Part shown: one piece after another, positions 21,724 to 31,437 of the stretch
Layout: every line of letters begins with the position of its first letter
Numbering within the stretch: the stretch's first letter is position 1
Source of the DNA: an uncultured bacterium
GTDB taxonomy: Bacteria > Babelota > Babeliae > Babelales > JABCYS01
NCBI GenBank assembly: GCA_963705705.1
Contig: CAVPKK010000001.1
Coordinates: 1-64,000, forward strand
Direction: 5' to 3'
Length of the DNA stretch: 64,000 bases
Translations under genes and position numbers: made by a program
The notes under the pieces: model-generated
What the model was told of the DNA's origin: nothing
What the model saw: only the letters and a program-made list of their open reading frames with translations
Database searches by the model: none

Positions 21724-22866
21724 TTATTTGGAAGAAGCTTCAGTCTTTTCAGCTTTATGCCAACCGCCTAATAGCTTAATGTCCTTAAAGCTTAAAAACA
21801 GGGTCAATCCGATGAAGAAGACCCACGTTCCAATAGCCAAAACCTCACGAAATCTCATTGGCAGTGGCCGCCGGATAAGAGCCTCTATGGTAACAATAGC
21901 AGCTTGGCCCCCATCGAGGATTGGCAATGGAATTAAGTTAACAATTGCCAGGTTAATGCTAATCAATGCCAGGAAGGCAAAAAATATCTCAACGCCACGC
22001 TCGGCCGATTTTATGGTCTGTGAAAAGATCATAATCGGACCGCCCATGCCCTCGACCGTTCGCTCAGAAAACATCCATTTAAAGATCATAATGAGCTGCA
22101 TGATCATAGCATTTACGCGAGTGACCCCCAGCTTGATTGCTTCACCAAAGGGCTTTGGCTTCAAATCACCCATCTCGAATCCAGTAACGCCAAGCACCCC
22201 CAACTCTTTGCCACCGAATTTTCTTGATCCGAGCTCAACTTGGGCATTTTTGCTTTCCTCGCCGCGAACAAACGTGACTTGAACTTTCTGGTTGGGTTTT
22301 GCATTTATAAGATCAGCATATTCGGTCATGTTGTCGCCAAGTTGTTGGCCATCCACGGCAGTAATGCGATCGCCGGCGATCAATCCAGCTTTTGCAGCCG
22401 GCCCATCAGCAACCAGTGCTGTAATAACCGGGCGGGCATTCTCGGGGTAGAACAATGGAGAAGAAGGCACTCCGACGGCATAAAGTGCGATAAAAACAAC
22501 ATAAGCAAAAATCAAGTTAAATAAGATGCCGCCAGCGATGACCAGCATCTTTTGCCAATATGGCTTATGTTCAAGATAATCGGTCGGACCATGCTTGTGA
22601 GATTCGTCATTCTCCGGCGCCTGTGCAAACTCGACATATCCGCCCCAGGGAATAGCGCTGAGTGAAAACTCAGTCTCCCCAATTTTGCGTGAAATCAACT
22701 TAGGTCCAAACCCAATGGAAAAGGAAGGAGTTTTCATGCGGAAAAGTTTTGCGAATAAAAAGTGGCCAAATTCATGCCAGGCGATAATAAGCCCAACGCC
22801 AACTGCACCGATGGCCAACAAAGGAATTGCTTTAACAAGGGAAACCGCTTTTGCGAGTGAGAGCAT
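21724..22866 (-). CDS. rseP: RIP metalloprotease RseP (M50, PDZ domain)
   Basis: HEFGH, FSIGFGP, PDZ-like GPAAKAGL..GD.I, NLIPLPILDGG. Confidence 0.95.
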   Translation of the reverse strand: MLSLAKAVSLVKAIPLLAIGAVGVGLIIAWHEFGHFLFAKLFRMKTPSFSIGFGPKLISRKIGETEFSLSAIPWGGYVEFAQAPENDESHKHGPTDYLEHKPYWQKMLVIAGGILFNLIFAYVVFIALYAVGVPSSPLFYPENARPVITALVADGPAAKAGLIAGDRITAVDGQQLGDNMTEYADLINAKPNQKVQVTFVRGEESKNAQVELGSRKFGGKELGVLGVTGFEMGDLKPKPFGEAIKLGVTRVNAMIMQLIMIFKWMFSERTVEGMGGPIMIFSQTIKSAERGVEIFFAFLALISINLAIVNLIPLPILDGGQAAIVTIEALIRRPLPMRFREVLAIGTWVFFIGLTLFLSFKDIKLLGGWHKAEKTEASSK

Positions 22867-22993
22867 GTAAATCCTTTTTACAAATTAATTTTTTAAAGGC
22901 CGAAGATATTAGCAATTCTTAGACAGGATAACTAGCTTAATGTCGGTTCGATGCAAAATGAACTTAACAGATAACTAAATGAGCAACAGAAAC

Positions 22994-23026
22994 CCGCTCG
23001 TCCTGAGCCTGTCGAAGGATGCGAGC
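22994..23026. repeat. REP-like intergenic element (related copies ~3743, 18259, 20953, 21400, 47757)
   Basis: Consensus CGCTCRTCCTGAGC...TCGAAGGAT found in both orientations. Confidence 0.7.
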
Positions 23027-23076
23027 TGCGAGACAAAAATATGTGGTTTGGGTGTTAATTGAGAAGCGCGAGCATT

Positions 23077-23103
23077 AAAAAAGGGCGCCGCTGGGACGCC
23101 CTT
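23077..23103 (-). terminator. Rho-independent terminator after rplM
   Basis: AGGGCG(t)CC...GGCGCCCT stem followed by a T-run on the minus strand. Confidence 0.65.
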
Positions 23104-23126
23104 AATCAATTCTAATATGCGATTGC

Positions 23127-23630
23127 TTATTCAGCAGCAGGCTGAGTCTTTTTCGGCGCGGCCTTGCGAGCTGCCTGCTTTTCAGCCTTAGCCTTCTTAG
23201 CAGTTCCAGCAGCAAGCTGAGCCTGATGAGGATGTTCGGTGCCGACATAAACTTTGAGCTTACTTAGCAATGATCTGCTCAAACGACTTTTTGGCATCAT
23301 GCCTTCAACTGCCATCGTAATAAGGCGAGTTGGATCTTTTTGGAATACCTGGCGGGCAGTTTGATCCTTACGACCACCAATCCAACCAGAATAGCTGGTA
23401 TAGATCTTAGTATCCATCTTGTTAGCGGTTAGTTTAATTTTTTCAGCATTGATAACTACTACATAATCACCCGCATCATTATGCGGAGTATAGGTAGCTT
23501 TATCTTTGCCACGAAGGGCATCAGCAATGCTGGTTGCTAAACGACCAAGAACCTTGCCATCAGCATCGAATACGCGCCATTTGGGGTTGCTTGTTTCGTT
23601 ATTTACGTAGTAGGTACGATTAAAGTCCAT
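23127..23630 (-). CDS. rplM: 50S ribosomal protein L13
   Basis: DADGKVLGRLAT, YTPHNDAGDYVVVINAEK, HPHQAQ. Confidence 0.97.
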   Translation of the reverse strand: MDFNRTYYVNNETSNPKWRVFDADGKVLGRLATSIADALRGKDKATYTPHNDAGDYVVVINAEKIKLTANKMDTKIYTSYSGWIGGRKDQTARQVFQKDPTRLITMAVEGMMPKSRLSRSLLSKLKVYVGTEHPHQAQLAAGTAKKAKAEKQAARKAAPKKTQPAAE

Positions 23631-23731
23631 CTTGTTATCCTAGGAAGGAGAATTCAGTTCAATTCTTAAAAACGACGAGGACCAAGAGTATACGGAATTG
23701 GGCGAGAGGCGCAAGCGGACCTTGTCATTCT

Positions 23732-25648
23732 TCAATCGCTGCCCGCCTTTTCTTCTTTCTCACGCTCTATTCTTGCGCGCTTAGATGATTCTTCCGCTTC
23801 AGGAGCAGGGCGTTTTCGCTCGTTCGCTTCACGAGCTTGAGCTTCTTCTTTTTTTCCTGCCTGTTGTAGTTCCGAAATCATCTTCTGAGCCTTGGCTGCT
23901 ATATCACTTTGGGGGGCAACTTTTATTGCTTGTTGAAGTAAAAACATAACCCGTTGAATATCCTGAGGAGCACCTTTTCCTTCATACGTCATGAAAGCAA
24001 GAATAAAATATGCCTGAGCGGCTATGTATGGATTTAGACCTTCGGCAGCTTTGTGAAGATAAACTCGAGCCTGCTTCCAGTCCCGCGGAACTCCGTGACC
24101 TTTTGCATACATTTCAGCAAGCGAAATTTCTGCAGTTTGAATAGCTTTTTTCCCCACATGTGAATATATATCATTTTCAAGTATGTGATGACCTAATTTA
24201 TCGATAGCCAAAGCAAAATATCTAAATGCAGCGTCGTAATTTGGATTCGCACTGTAAAGATCTAGTAGCCCCAAGCAAACTATTGCATGCATGCGCAAAT
24301 TTTTATTTAAGTGCGGCATTGCAATAACTTGGTTGTAATAGTGCTTAGCACGATCATGATTTTTAGGTACGCCAATACCATTTAAATAGGTAGCGCCAAG
24401 GTTTAATTGTGCAACTCCTCGCATTTCTTCATCATGCGGATTTTCCTGCTCGCTCTCAGCTCCCTCAAAATACAGACGGGCCTGATGGCCATTTAACGGC
24501 ACAACGTTTAACTTTTCTATCGGGCCAATATTAGAGTTCAAATACAGTTGACCCAAAATAACTCGCGCTTCTGCGCGCACATTTAAATCATCGATCTGAT
24601 TAGCAGCAGCTTGTAATAGTTTCAGGGCTTCTTGGTACTGATCTTGTTTCTTATCCCACAGTGTTATTTCCGCCCTGCGCAATTGAGATAACGCTTGCGC
24701 TCTCGGATTTGGATGAAGTGCTAATGTCTTATCAAGATACTTATATGCTTTCAGCATCTCTTGATGCTTTGCTTTGGGAGGATAATTTTCAAGCTTCAGA
24801 TAAATTTCTGCCATTAGCACTCCAGCTTCGGGCAAATAACGGCGCGCATCAGAAAGTTCCCTGAGCACCTCTTTTTTTTCATTTTCTATCACTTCATTGC
24901 GCCTTTTAGAACCTAATCTTGCTAACTCGTTGTAATCTGCCCCTCCTTGACCACGCGCCAATACTATTTTAGCTCTTTGAATGATTGCTTGATTCTTATT
25001 ATTTAAATTAACATTTTGCGTCGCTACCCACTCAAAATTTTTCCATGCAGTGCGATAATCTTGCTTAACGCCTAATCCATTCAAATACATCATGCCAAGG
25101 CGTAGTCTGGCTGAGCTCTTTCGTGCTATTTCGGATCTGCTTGTGCCAGAACTTAGTATTATGCTTTCCAAACGGCGCCGTTCTTGTTTCAATGTCTCTG
25201 TCTTTGCTTCCGGTTGCGGTTGTGCAAGCACTGGCGATGGCGGCGGAGGTGGCGGTGACAAAGGCGCGGACAGAGGTAGAGGTGGAGGAGGTGGTGGTAG
25301 CCTTATATGCTTCGGAGCAGGCTGTATAGCCTCTTCTTCTTCGTCAGCTCTCGCAATTTCTTCGAGGCCACACATTTCGAATTCTGCATGCTTTCGCTTT
25401 TCCAATAGGCTCTCAATATTATCTGCTTGTAATGCTTCGCCAGCTTGGCGCAAGCGCTCTATCAAATCATAGGCCTCATTTCGCAATGCATCATCAATTA
25501 TTGAAGCATGACGTATTTTTTCTACCATCCGCCTGTACGAAAAGTTCAAAGGCATTCTAAAACTTTGTGTCGGCGTTGGAGCCGGTACGCTCGTAGCGCA
25601 TAGTTGGCTGACTATGAATAGATTTATACATATGTAGTTGATCTTCAT
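23732..25648 (-). CDS. Secreted Sel1-repeat protein with polyproline tract and C-terminal NLS-like motif
   Basis: Signal peptide; SLR motifs LGMMYLNGLGVKQD, LGATYLNGIGVPKN, LAEMYAKGHGVPRD. Confidence 0.85.
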   Translation of the reverse strand: MKINYICINLFIVSQLCATSVPAPTPTQSFRMPLNFSYRRMVEKIRHASIIDDALRNEAYDLIERLRQAGEALQADNIESLLEKRKHAEFEMCGLEEIARADEEEEAIQPAPKHIRLPPPPPPLPLSAPLSPPPPPPSPVLAQPQPEAKTETLKQERRRLESIILSSGTSRSEIARKSSARLRLGMMYLNGLGVKQDYRTAWKNFEWVATQNVNLNNKNQAIIQRAKIVLARGQGGADYNELARLGSKRRNEVIENEKKEVLRELSDARRYLPEAGVLMAEIYLKLENYPPKAKHQEMLKAYKYLDKTLALHPNPRAQALSQLRRAEITLWDKKQDQYQEALKLLQAAANQIDDLNVRAEARVILGQLYLNSNIGPIEKLNVVPLNGHQARLYFEGAESEQENPHDEEMRGVAQLNLGATYLNGIGVPKNHDRAKHYYNQVIAMPHLNKNLRMHAIVCLGLLDLYSANPNYDAAFRYFALAIDKLGHHILENDIYSHVGKKAIQTAEISLAEMYAKGHGVPRDWKQARVYLHKAAEGLNPYIAAQAYFILAFMTYEGKGAPQDIQRVMFLLQQAIKVAPQSDIAAKAQKMISELQQAGKKEEAQAREANERKRPAPEAEESSKRARIEREKEEKAGSD

Positions 25649-25674
25649 GCTGTTCCTTTTTTTGCAAAATATAA

Positions 25675-26397
25675 TTATTCGTTCTTATACTCATGAAACA
25701 ATATAGTTGATTTAGCTGCCTCTCTATGCTTCTCAAACCATTGCTCAATATCAGGGCTGTTCGCTTTAATCCATGCCAACGCCGCTTCTTTATCACTATA
25801 AAAAGGAAGTGCCGCTCGCAATTCCTCAGAAGAAGAACTGTAATTATAGAAAGCCTTAATATCCTCAGCCGGATAACCGAGCAAACTGCCAATAAGATAA
25901 TGATTGAGATATGCGCTTTCTAATAATGAATATTTATAAAGAAGCAATGCGTCAGTCTTTCCATCCGGTGTAAAAAATATAAATTTACTCAGACGATTTT
26001 TAGGATCAGATATATATTGAAGTTGCAGTTCTGCAAACAATTGTTTCATGCCTTTGATATTAAGTAGCCTGTCTGCAATGTTTTTTTCGGCTATACATAC
26101 ATTTTTATACCCTGCCACAATGCAGCTCATTACAGCTTCTGCATTCCGAGTAGGATGTGAAAGATTTGAGTCGGCTATGCCGGCAACACCCGCTCTGATC
26201 GATGGGCGGCATCGCTCTGCAGTTGGCCGTTCGGTATCGACCAAAAAACGAAACGCATGCTGTGCATCAGGTGAAAGCTTCTGAGCTATTGTCGTATAAT
26301 GAGCCTGCTGCTCAACGGAAGCAGGTATAGGTTCAGCACTTGTGCCGTAGCATTGGCTCGCTATAAATAGATTGAGTACTATAAACTTTGACTGCAT
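25675..26397 (-). CDS. Secreted hypothetical protein, ~250-aa family copy 1
   Basis: Signal peptide; shares AGYKxV, FxPxG, NxYL..LLG, DKxxALxWI with 36827 and 41923. Confidence 0.8.
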   Translation of the reverse strand: MQSKFIVLNLFIASQCYGTSAEPIPASVEQQAHYTTIAQKLSPDAQHAFRFLVDTERPTAERCRPSIRAGVAGIADSNLSHPTRNAEAVMSCIVAGYKNVCIAEKNIADRLLNIKGMKQLFAELQLQYISDPKNRLSKFIFFTPDGKTDALLLYKYSLLESAYLNHYLIGSLLGYPAEDIKAFYNYSSSSEELRAALPFYSDKEAALAWIKANSPDIEQWFEKHREAAKSTILFHEYKNE

Positions 26398-26406
26398 TAC
26401 AATCCT

Positions 26407-28245
26407 TTATTCCGGTTCTTCTTTTTTTATCCGCTTGGCTGGTTCTTCTTCTTCTGCAGCCGGTCGTTTTACTGAAATTCGTTGTTGTTCTTCTTCTTTT
26501 TCAGCATTGGCTTTCTTTTCTTTTATTTCTTTTAAAAATCTCTCTGCATCAATACGAATATTCTGATCTGCCTGTGGGTCTGCAACAACCTGTTCAAAAT
26601 AATGTTTTGCCTTAGCAAAATCTTGCACAATGCCGTGGCCATCCAAATAATAAATTTCACCAAGTCGAACTTGAGCTTTGGCCCCTTCTGATGCAGCATG
26701 CGGATAATTGAGTGCCTGCTCAAAATACCAAATAGCTCGTCTATAATTTTGTAGTTCATAATAAATTTCGCCCAGACCGCGGTACGCTTCAGCCCGCCAT
26801 TCAGGCTCACCAGAAAAGAAATTTCCCAATACAATTGTGAAATAATGCTCCGCTTCCGCTAAACTTTCTGCATCTCTCAGGCGTAGGAAATATTGACCGA
26901 GTTTTAACGCAGCATGAGATTGTGAAACATAATTTAATTCTTGCGCGGCCGCCTGCTTCCAATACCTAATGGCCTTAGGCACATCTTGTTGCACGCCACG
27001 GCCATCCATATACATTTCACCCAGCAAAAAACAGGCTCTGCCCCGAATAGTTTCGGAAAGTTGCGCTACATCTACAGCTTGCCAATACTGAGCCGCTCGT
27101 ACATAGTCTTGCTGTTTATAGTATGTTTCTCCGAGAATGTATTGTGCCTCGTGCCAAGTTGCCGGGTTGTCTTCTGGTCTTATGCGCTCAAGTATCTGGC
27201 GTGCAACGGTAAAATTTTTCGGTACGCAATCACCTTCGTAATAGATTCTACCCAATTCAAGCAACTTGGCAGCCCTTGTGTGAGGGCTTATCGTTCTGCG
27301 ATTAATTGATGTAAGCAAACCTTTAATTGTTGGAGTACGCCCAATATAACGAGAAATAGTTAACCATGGCGCGGCTCGTGGTTGAGCTGGAGCAGGCTGG
27401 GCTTGAGGTTGCAGTTGTGGTAATAAAACTTCTTGCACTTGAGGCTGTGGTGCAGGCACCCATTCGCCTAAGCTGCGTTCATGTGCCTCTTTTTTGCGGG
27501 CTTCATTTATATTTTGATGCTCATCGATTACCAAACGGGTCTCAGGATTCATTCTAAAATCTGATTCGGAAAAAGCGTATTGGAAGCCTTGTGCCGCTTG
27601 GCTCGGATCATATATAAAATATTGGATCTCACCACTTATTGGCAGCATATTAATTGGATTGGTTGGATGAACCACTGCAAGGGTTCCCGTCAATGGATAG
27701 TTTTTGCCAAAACGCCATTCATTAAAGAAATAAGCATCGTAATAATGAACAAACAGTTTGCCAGCTGCATCATAGGTTACAACGCGAGCAATGATCATGG
27801 GGTCGCCATGTTCTTTTTGCCGTTGCAATATATCACCATAAGTTTCATGACTCAGTGGCTCAGAATCTGCAAGGTTAATTTCCTCGGGGCGACCGCGTGT
27901 GAGAGTACTTACTCGAATCGGAATAGTAATCGGCTGGACCGCCGGTGCTACCGGAACTTCTGTTTGCACCATTGCAGCTTCCTTTTTTTTATCTTCAGCG
28001 TCTCTCTCTTCTAATAGTTCCCGTAGACTATCACCTTGGGGTGCTCCGACACTATGCAAGCGGCGTATCAAATCTTCTGCATCTTTGCGCAAAGCAGCAT
28101 CAATAGCCGATGCCAGATCTATTCGCTCAATCATCTGATCATATAGTCGTAACAAATGTGGTGCGGGCGACCGAACTGGAGGAGCGGATGTAGCGGTGCT
28201 TGAGAGCGGCATACAAAGGATGAGCATTAACTTAAGTAGCTTCAT
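26407..28245 (-). CDS. Secreted Sel1/TPR protein with conserved U-box-like domain and NLS-like tail
   Basis: Start MKLLKLML; SLR motifs LGEMYMDGRGVQQD, LGEIYYLDGHGIVQD; tail KRPAAEEEEPAKRIKKEEPE. Confidence 0.85.
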   Translation of the reverse strand: MKLLKLMLILCMPLSSTATSAPPVRSPAPHLLRLYDQMIERIDLASAIDAALRKDAEDLIRRLHSVGAPQGDSLRELLEERDAEDKKKEAAMVQTEVPVAPAVQPITIPIRVSTLTRGRPEEINLADSEPLSHETYGDILQRQKEHGDPMIIARVVTYDAAGKLFVHYYDAYFFNEWRFGKNYPLTGTLAVVHPTNPINMLPISGEIQYFIYDPSQAAQGFQYAFSESDFRMNPETRLVIDEHQNINEARKKEAHERSLGEWVPAPQPQVQEVLLPQLQPQAQPAPAQPRAAPWLTISRYIGRTPTIKGLLTSINRRTISPHTRAAKLLELGRIYYEGDCVPKNFTVARQILERIRPEDNPATWHEAQYILGETYYKQQDYVRAAQYWQAVDVAQLSETIRGRACFLLGEMYMDGRGVQQDVPKAIRYWKQAAAQELNYVSQSHAALKLGQYFLRLRDAESLAEAEHYFTIVLGNFFSGEPEWRAEAYRGLGEIYYELQNYRRAIWYFEQALNYPHAASEGAKAQVRLGEIYYLDGHGIVQDFAKAKHYFEQVVADPQADQNIRIDAERFLKEIKEKKANAEKEEEQQRISVKRPAAEEEEPAKRIKKEEPE

Positions 28246-28326
28246 TGCGAAAAAATTTCGCTCTACAAATTGCGTCGTCACTTGAGCTTCGCTCAAACTC
28301 ATCACGTTGCTTCTCATCACAATCCT

Positions 28327-29427
28327 CTATTCCGATTCTTCTTTTCTTGGTTTCTTGAATGACATTTCTTGTATGGGTGGCCGCATCATTGCGGCACGTC
28401 GCCGCTTAATTTCTTCTTTCTCCAACGCTTCCAGTTCCCTGCGCTCTTCTAGTTGTATCAGATATTTCCAGGCAGATTTTCTGAGGGAGGGTACAGCTTC
28501 TTGTATGGCGACACGACCCAAATATAACTCCGCTCGCGCATTATCTTTCGGAAAACCTAACCCATAGAAAAAAATTAAACCAAGGTGAAACTGAGAGTCG
28601 GCCCGGACCACATAATCTAATTTTTGTTGCGAAGCCAGCTGAAAATATTTCCGTGCATTCACAAAATCCGGTTCATCCAAACCTAGGCCAGAGAAATAGA
28701 GTCGCCCAAGCATTCCTTCGGATCGTATTCGTGCTTCAAGACTGAACTTCTGATTGGCCGCCAACATAAGATATTCACGAGCTGTTGCAAAATTTGGTTC
28801 AACCCCGGCACGACCATGATAGTAGATTTCGCCAATTCGCCACTGACTAAACGCGCGTGCATTAGGATTAACATCTTGAGCCGCAGCATCTTCAAAATAA
28901 CGTAGTGCAATAGCTTCATCCTCATCTACACCAAGCCCCATATAATAGAATTCTCCTAGCCATTCTTGAGCCGCTGCTTTGGCATATGGATTTGCATTCT
29001 GCTCTGCCGCCTGCATAAAATATTTCCATGCACGGGTATAATTTTGCGGTTTTTCCCAGTAATAAAGTTCGGCTAATTGAACTAGCTTAGCTGCCCTTGT
29101 CACTGGATCTGTATCGCGATGTATTGCATCAAGCAGATCATTAATGGCGCCGTTTTTTGCTTTTTTTTCTAGTTTTTCAAATTGCTTAATAAGCACCCTT
29201 ATTTCCGGTTCCCAACAATTCCCCCGATCGCGTAATTGGCTTACCAAATCCGTAACTGCATTATTCAGTTCAGGATTGGGCACCGTTGTTGGCTCCCTCA
29301 TTTCCTTGATCAGATAATTATACTGATCTAATAGAAGGATCGGCATGCTCGGTTGGGATGAAGCAGGCGCTGATGTAGCCGCCATAGAAAAAGGTATACA
29401 GATAATGAGAAGAAATTTGCAGTTCAT
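28327..29427 (-). CDS. Secreted Sel1-repeat protein with NLS-like tail
   Basis: LGEFYYMGLGVDED, LGRLYFSGLG, LGLIFFYGLGFPKD; tail KRRR...KKPRKEESE. Confidence 0.85.
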   Translation of the reverse strand: MNCKFLLIICIPFSMAATSAPASSQPSMPILLLDQYNYLIKEMREPTTVPNPELNNAVTDLVSQLRDRGNCWEPEIRVLIKQFEKLEKKAKNGAINDLLDAIHRDTDPVTRAAKLVQLAELYYWEKPQNYTRAWKYFMQAAEQNANPYAKAAAQEWLGEFYYMGLGVDEDEAIALRYFEDAAAQDVNPNARAFSQWRIGEIYYHGRAGVEPNFATAREYLMLAANQKFSLEARIRSEGMLGRLYFSGLGLDEPDFVNARKYFQLASQQKLDYVVRADSQFHLGLIFFYGLGFPKDNARAELYLGRVAIQEAVPSLRKSAWKYLIQLEERRELEALEKEEIKRRRAAMMRPPIQEMSFKKPRKEESE

Positions 29428-29450
29428 AATTTTTCCAAACTTAATTAATT

Positions 29451-31106
29451 TTACTTCCCACCAAATCTTTTAATTTCTGCATTAAGCAGATCCCTTATTG
29501 GATCTAGAAAAACTGATAAGGTTGTATCCTGACCGAAATATTTTATTTTCATATTCCGATCAATGCCACGAAGCAGGGCTTCAATATATAATGGTTGTGA
29601 AATGCCATAGCCCCCCATTTTTCCAGATGTCCTAAGTGAATCCAATGCATCTTTTACCAACTTAATCTGCGCGGTCATATTATTCTGTTTAAATACATCC
29701 TCTAATGCTTCGAGATTATCCATGAGCCGCTTTTCGTTTGTAGCGTTCAACGAATTCGTTGCTATCTGCTCCCGTTTTTCCTTCAATTCCTTAGCGAATC
29801 GGGCAGCTTTTTCTTTTTCTTTTTGTTCAGCCAGGGCTTTTGATTCGGCTAGCGCTTCCTTGAGCATTTCATCTTCCTTCTGATCTCTTATAATGGTAAG
29901 TGCAAGGCCCGCTTGAACGCGTTCCCACTCGTTTAATGCACCAGACGTAACAGCACGATCTAGATATTGCTGAGCAACCAGATAATTTTTTGGCAGACCG
30001 TCACCCGCAAAGGACATTTTGCCCAAATAATACTGCGCTTTACCTCGGATGGTTGGATTTTCCGCTTGGTTTGCAGAGCGTTCAAAATATTCTCGAGCTT
30101 GTCTGTGATGCTGCATGTCGTACGAAATAATACCTAATGCGAGTTGATTCTCGGGCGTCGACTCCGCGGGATTCCATGATGACCAATGCGACCCAGGAAC
30201 CATAGGTTGCTGCGGCAATAACACTTCTTGAATATACGGCTTTGGCGCTGGCACCCATTCTCCTGCGGCTCTTTCTTCTGCTTCTTTTTTTCTTGCTGCA
30301 TCCATATTTTGATATTTATCAATTATCAATCGGTTTTCTGGATTATCAATTACATCTGCCTCGGTGAAAGCAAATTGAAATCCTAATTCAGGCTCTTTTG
30401 GATTGTAAATAAAGTATTGGACCTTCCCCTGTATTGGAAGTCTATTGAGTGGATTATTTTGTTCTTTAATTTGAAGTGGGCCTGATAGCGGATAATTATT
30501 ACCAAAACGCAATATGTTATAGGTATATGCATCATAATAATGAACAAATAATGGTGCACCAGGTCTCTCGGAAGTGACAACGCGCGCTAGAATCATTGGA
30601 TCATTGTGTTCTTTTTGTCTTTCCAATATCTCACCATATGTTTCCGTGGTAAGTGGCTCTTCATCGGCAAGCACAATCTCTTCTGGTTTGCCACGCATCA
30701 TGGCGCTCACACGCACTGGAATTGCAGTGATTGTTGGTTTTGGTCCCGAAACCGCTGGTTGTTCTGGAATAGCTGGCTTTGGCTGCGGAGCTTGCTCAGC
30801 TCGTTCCTTTTCTTCTTCCTTGGGCATCTCTTTCTTACTAGGCACTTCTTGCTCAGGTAATGTCCCAAGTAAACGCAGTATGGTTTCTGCTTGGGGTTCA
30901 CCGCCAGCATCTCGCAAACGCACAACTAACTCATCTGCCTGTTTACGCAGGGCAGGATCTATCACCTTCGCGAGTCTTAAGACTCTAACTATCCGCGCAT
31001 ATTGGCTTTCCAAACCCAGGGGCAATTTTGGCATTGGAGCTGGCGCGCTTGTAGCGCATAGTTGGCTTGCGATGAATAGATTTAGAATTATATAGTTGCG
31101 CTTCAT
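29451..31106 (-). CDS. Secreted protein: U-box-like domain, Sel1 repeats, UIM-like helix, C-terminal helical domain
   Basis: Start MKRNYIILNL; paralogous to the neighbouring genes; LGKMSFAGDGLPKN; EDEMLKEALAESK. Confidence 0.85.
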   Translation of the reverse strand: MKRNYIILNLFIASQLCATSAPAPMPKLPLGLESQYARIVRVLRLAKVIDPALRKQADELVVRLRDAGGEPQAETILRLLGTLPEQEVPSKKEMPKEEEKERAEQAPQPKPAIPEQPAVSGPKPTITAIPVRVSAMMRGKPEEIVLADEEPLTTETYGEILERQKEHNDPMILARVVTSERPGAPLFVHYYDAYTYNILRFGNNYPLSGPLQIKEQNNPLNRLPIQGKVQYFIYNPKEPELGFQFAFTEADVIDNPENRLIIDKYQNMDAARKKEAEERAAGEWVPAPKPYIQEVLLPQQPMVPGSHWSSWNPAESTPENQLALGIISYDMQHHRQAREYFERSANQAENPTIRGKAQYYLGKMSFAGDGLPKNYLVAQQYLDRAVTSGALNEWERVQAGLALTIIRDQKEDEMLKEALAESKALAEQKEKEKAARFAKELKEKREQIATNSLNATNEKRLMDNLEALEDVFKQNNMTAQIKLVKDALDSLRTSGKMGGYGISQPLYIEALLRGIDRNMKIKYFGQDTTLSVFLDPIRDLLNAEIKRFGGK

Positions 31107-31125
31107 GCTATTCCTTTTTAGCTCG

Positions 31126-31437
31126 CTATTTGCCACCAAATCTTTTAATTTCTGCATTAATTTTATTTTTGATCGGATCTAGGAAGTTGGAAATGGTTGT
31201 CTGCCCGCCCCAAAATGTGATTTTAATGTCCCCATTAATCTTATTTAATTCCTGCAAAGCCGCCTTTAATGGAACCAGCCCATATGGTGTAAATAAGCCG
31301 ACTCCAACTTTGGATGCATCAAGTGATGCTGCAATATTTTTTACCAACTTGACCGATTCTTGCATGTTATTTTCTTTAAGCGCTGCTTCTAATGTCGCTA
31401 AGCTATCAATAATGTCTTTTCTGTTGGCTAAGCTCAT
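31126..31437 (-). CDS. C-terminal domain ORF, homologous to the 29451 C-terminus; probably the -1 frame continuation of 31434..33104
   Basis: Both end ...FLDPI....NAEIKRFGGK; its ATG overlaps the upstream TGA. Confidence 0.75.
   Translation of the reverse strand: MSLANRKDIIDSLATLEAALKENNMQESVKLVKNIAASLDASKVGVGLFTPYGLVPLKAALQELNKINGDIKITFWGGQTTISNFLDPIKNKINAEIKRFGGK

Noticed and set aside
1011..22870. Many plus-strand and alternate-frame ORFs overlapping ribosomal genes, tuf and fusA
   Set aside because: They are antisense or frame shadows of conserved genes, with no motifs or RBS
25595..25648. SQLC in signal peptides as a lipobox
   Set aside because: It does not match L-[AS]-[GA]-C, and the Cys is missing at that position in several paralogs
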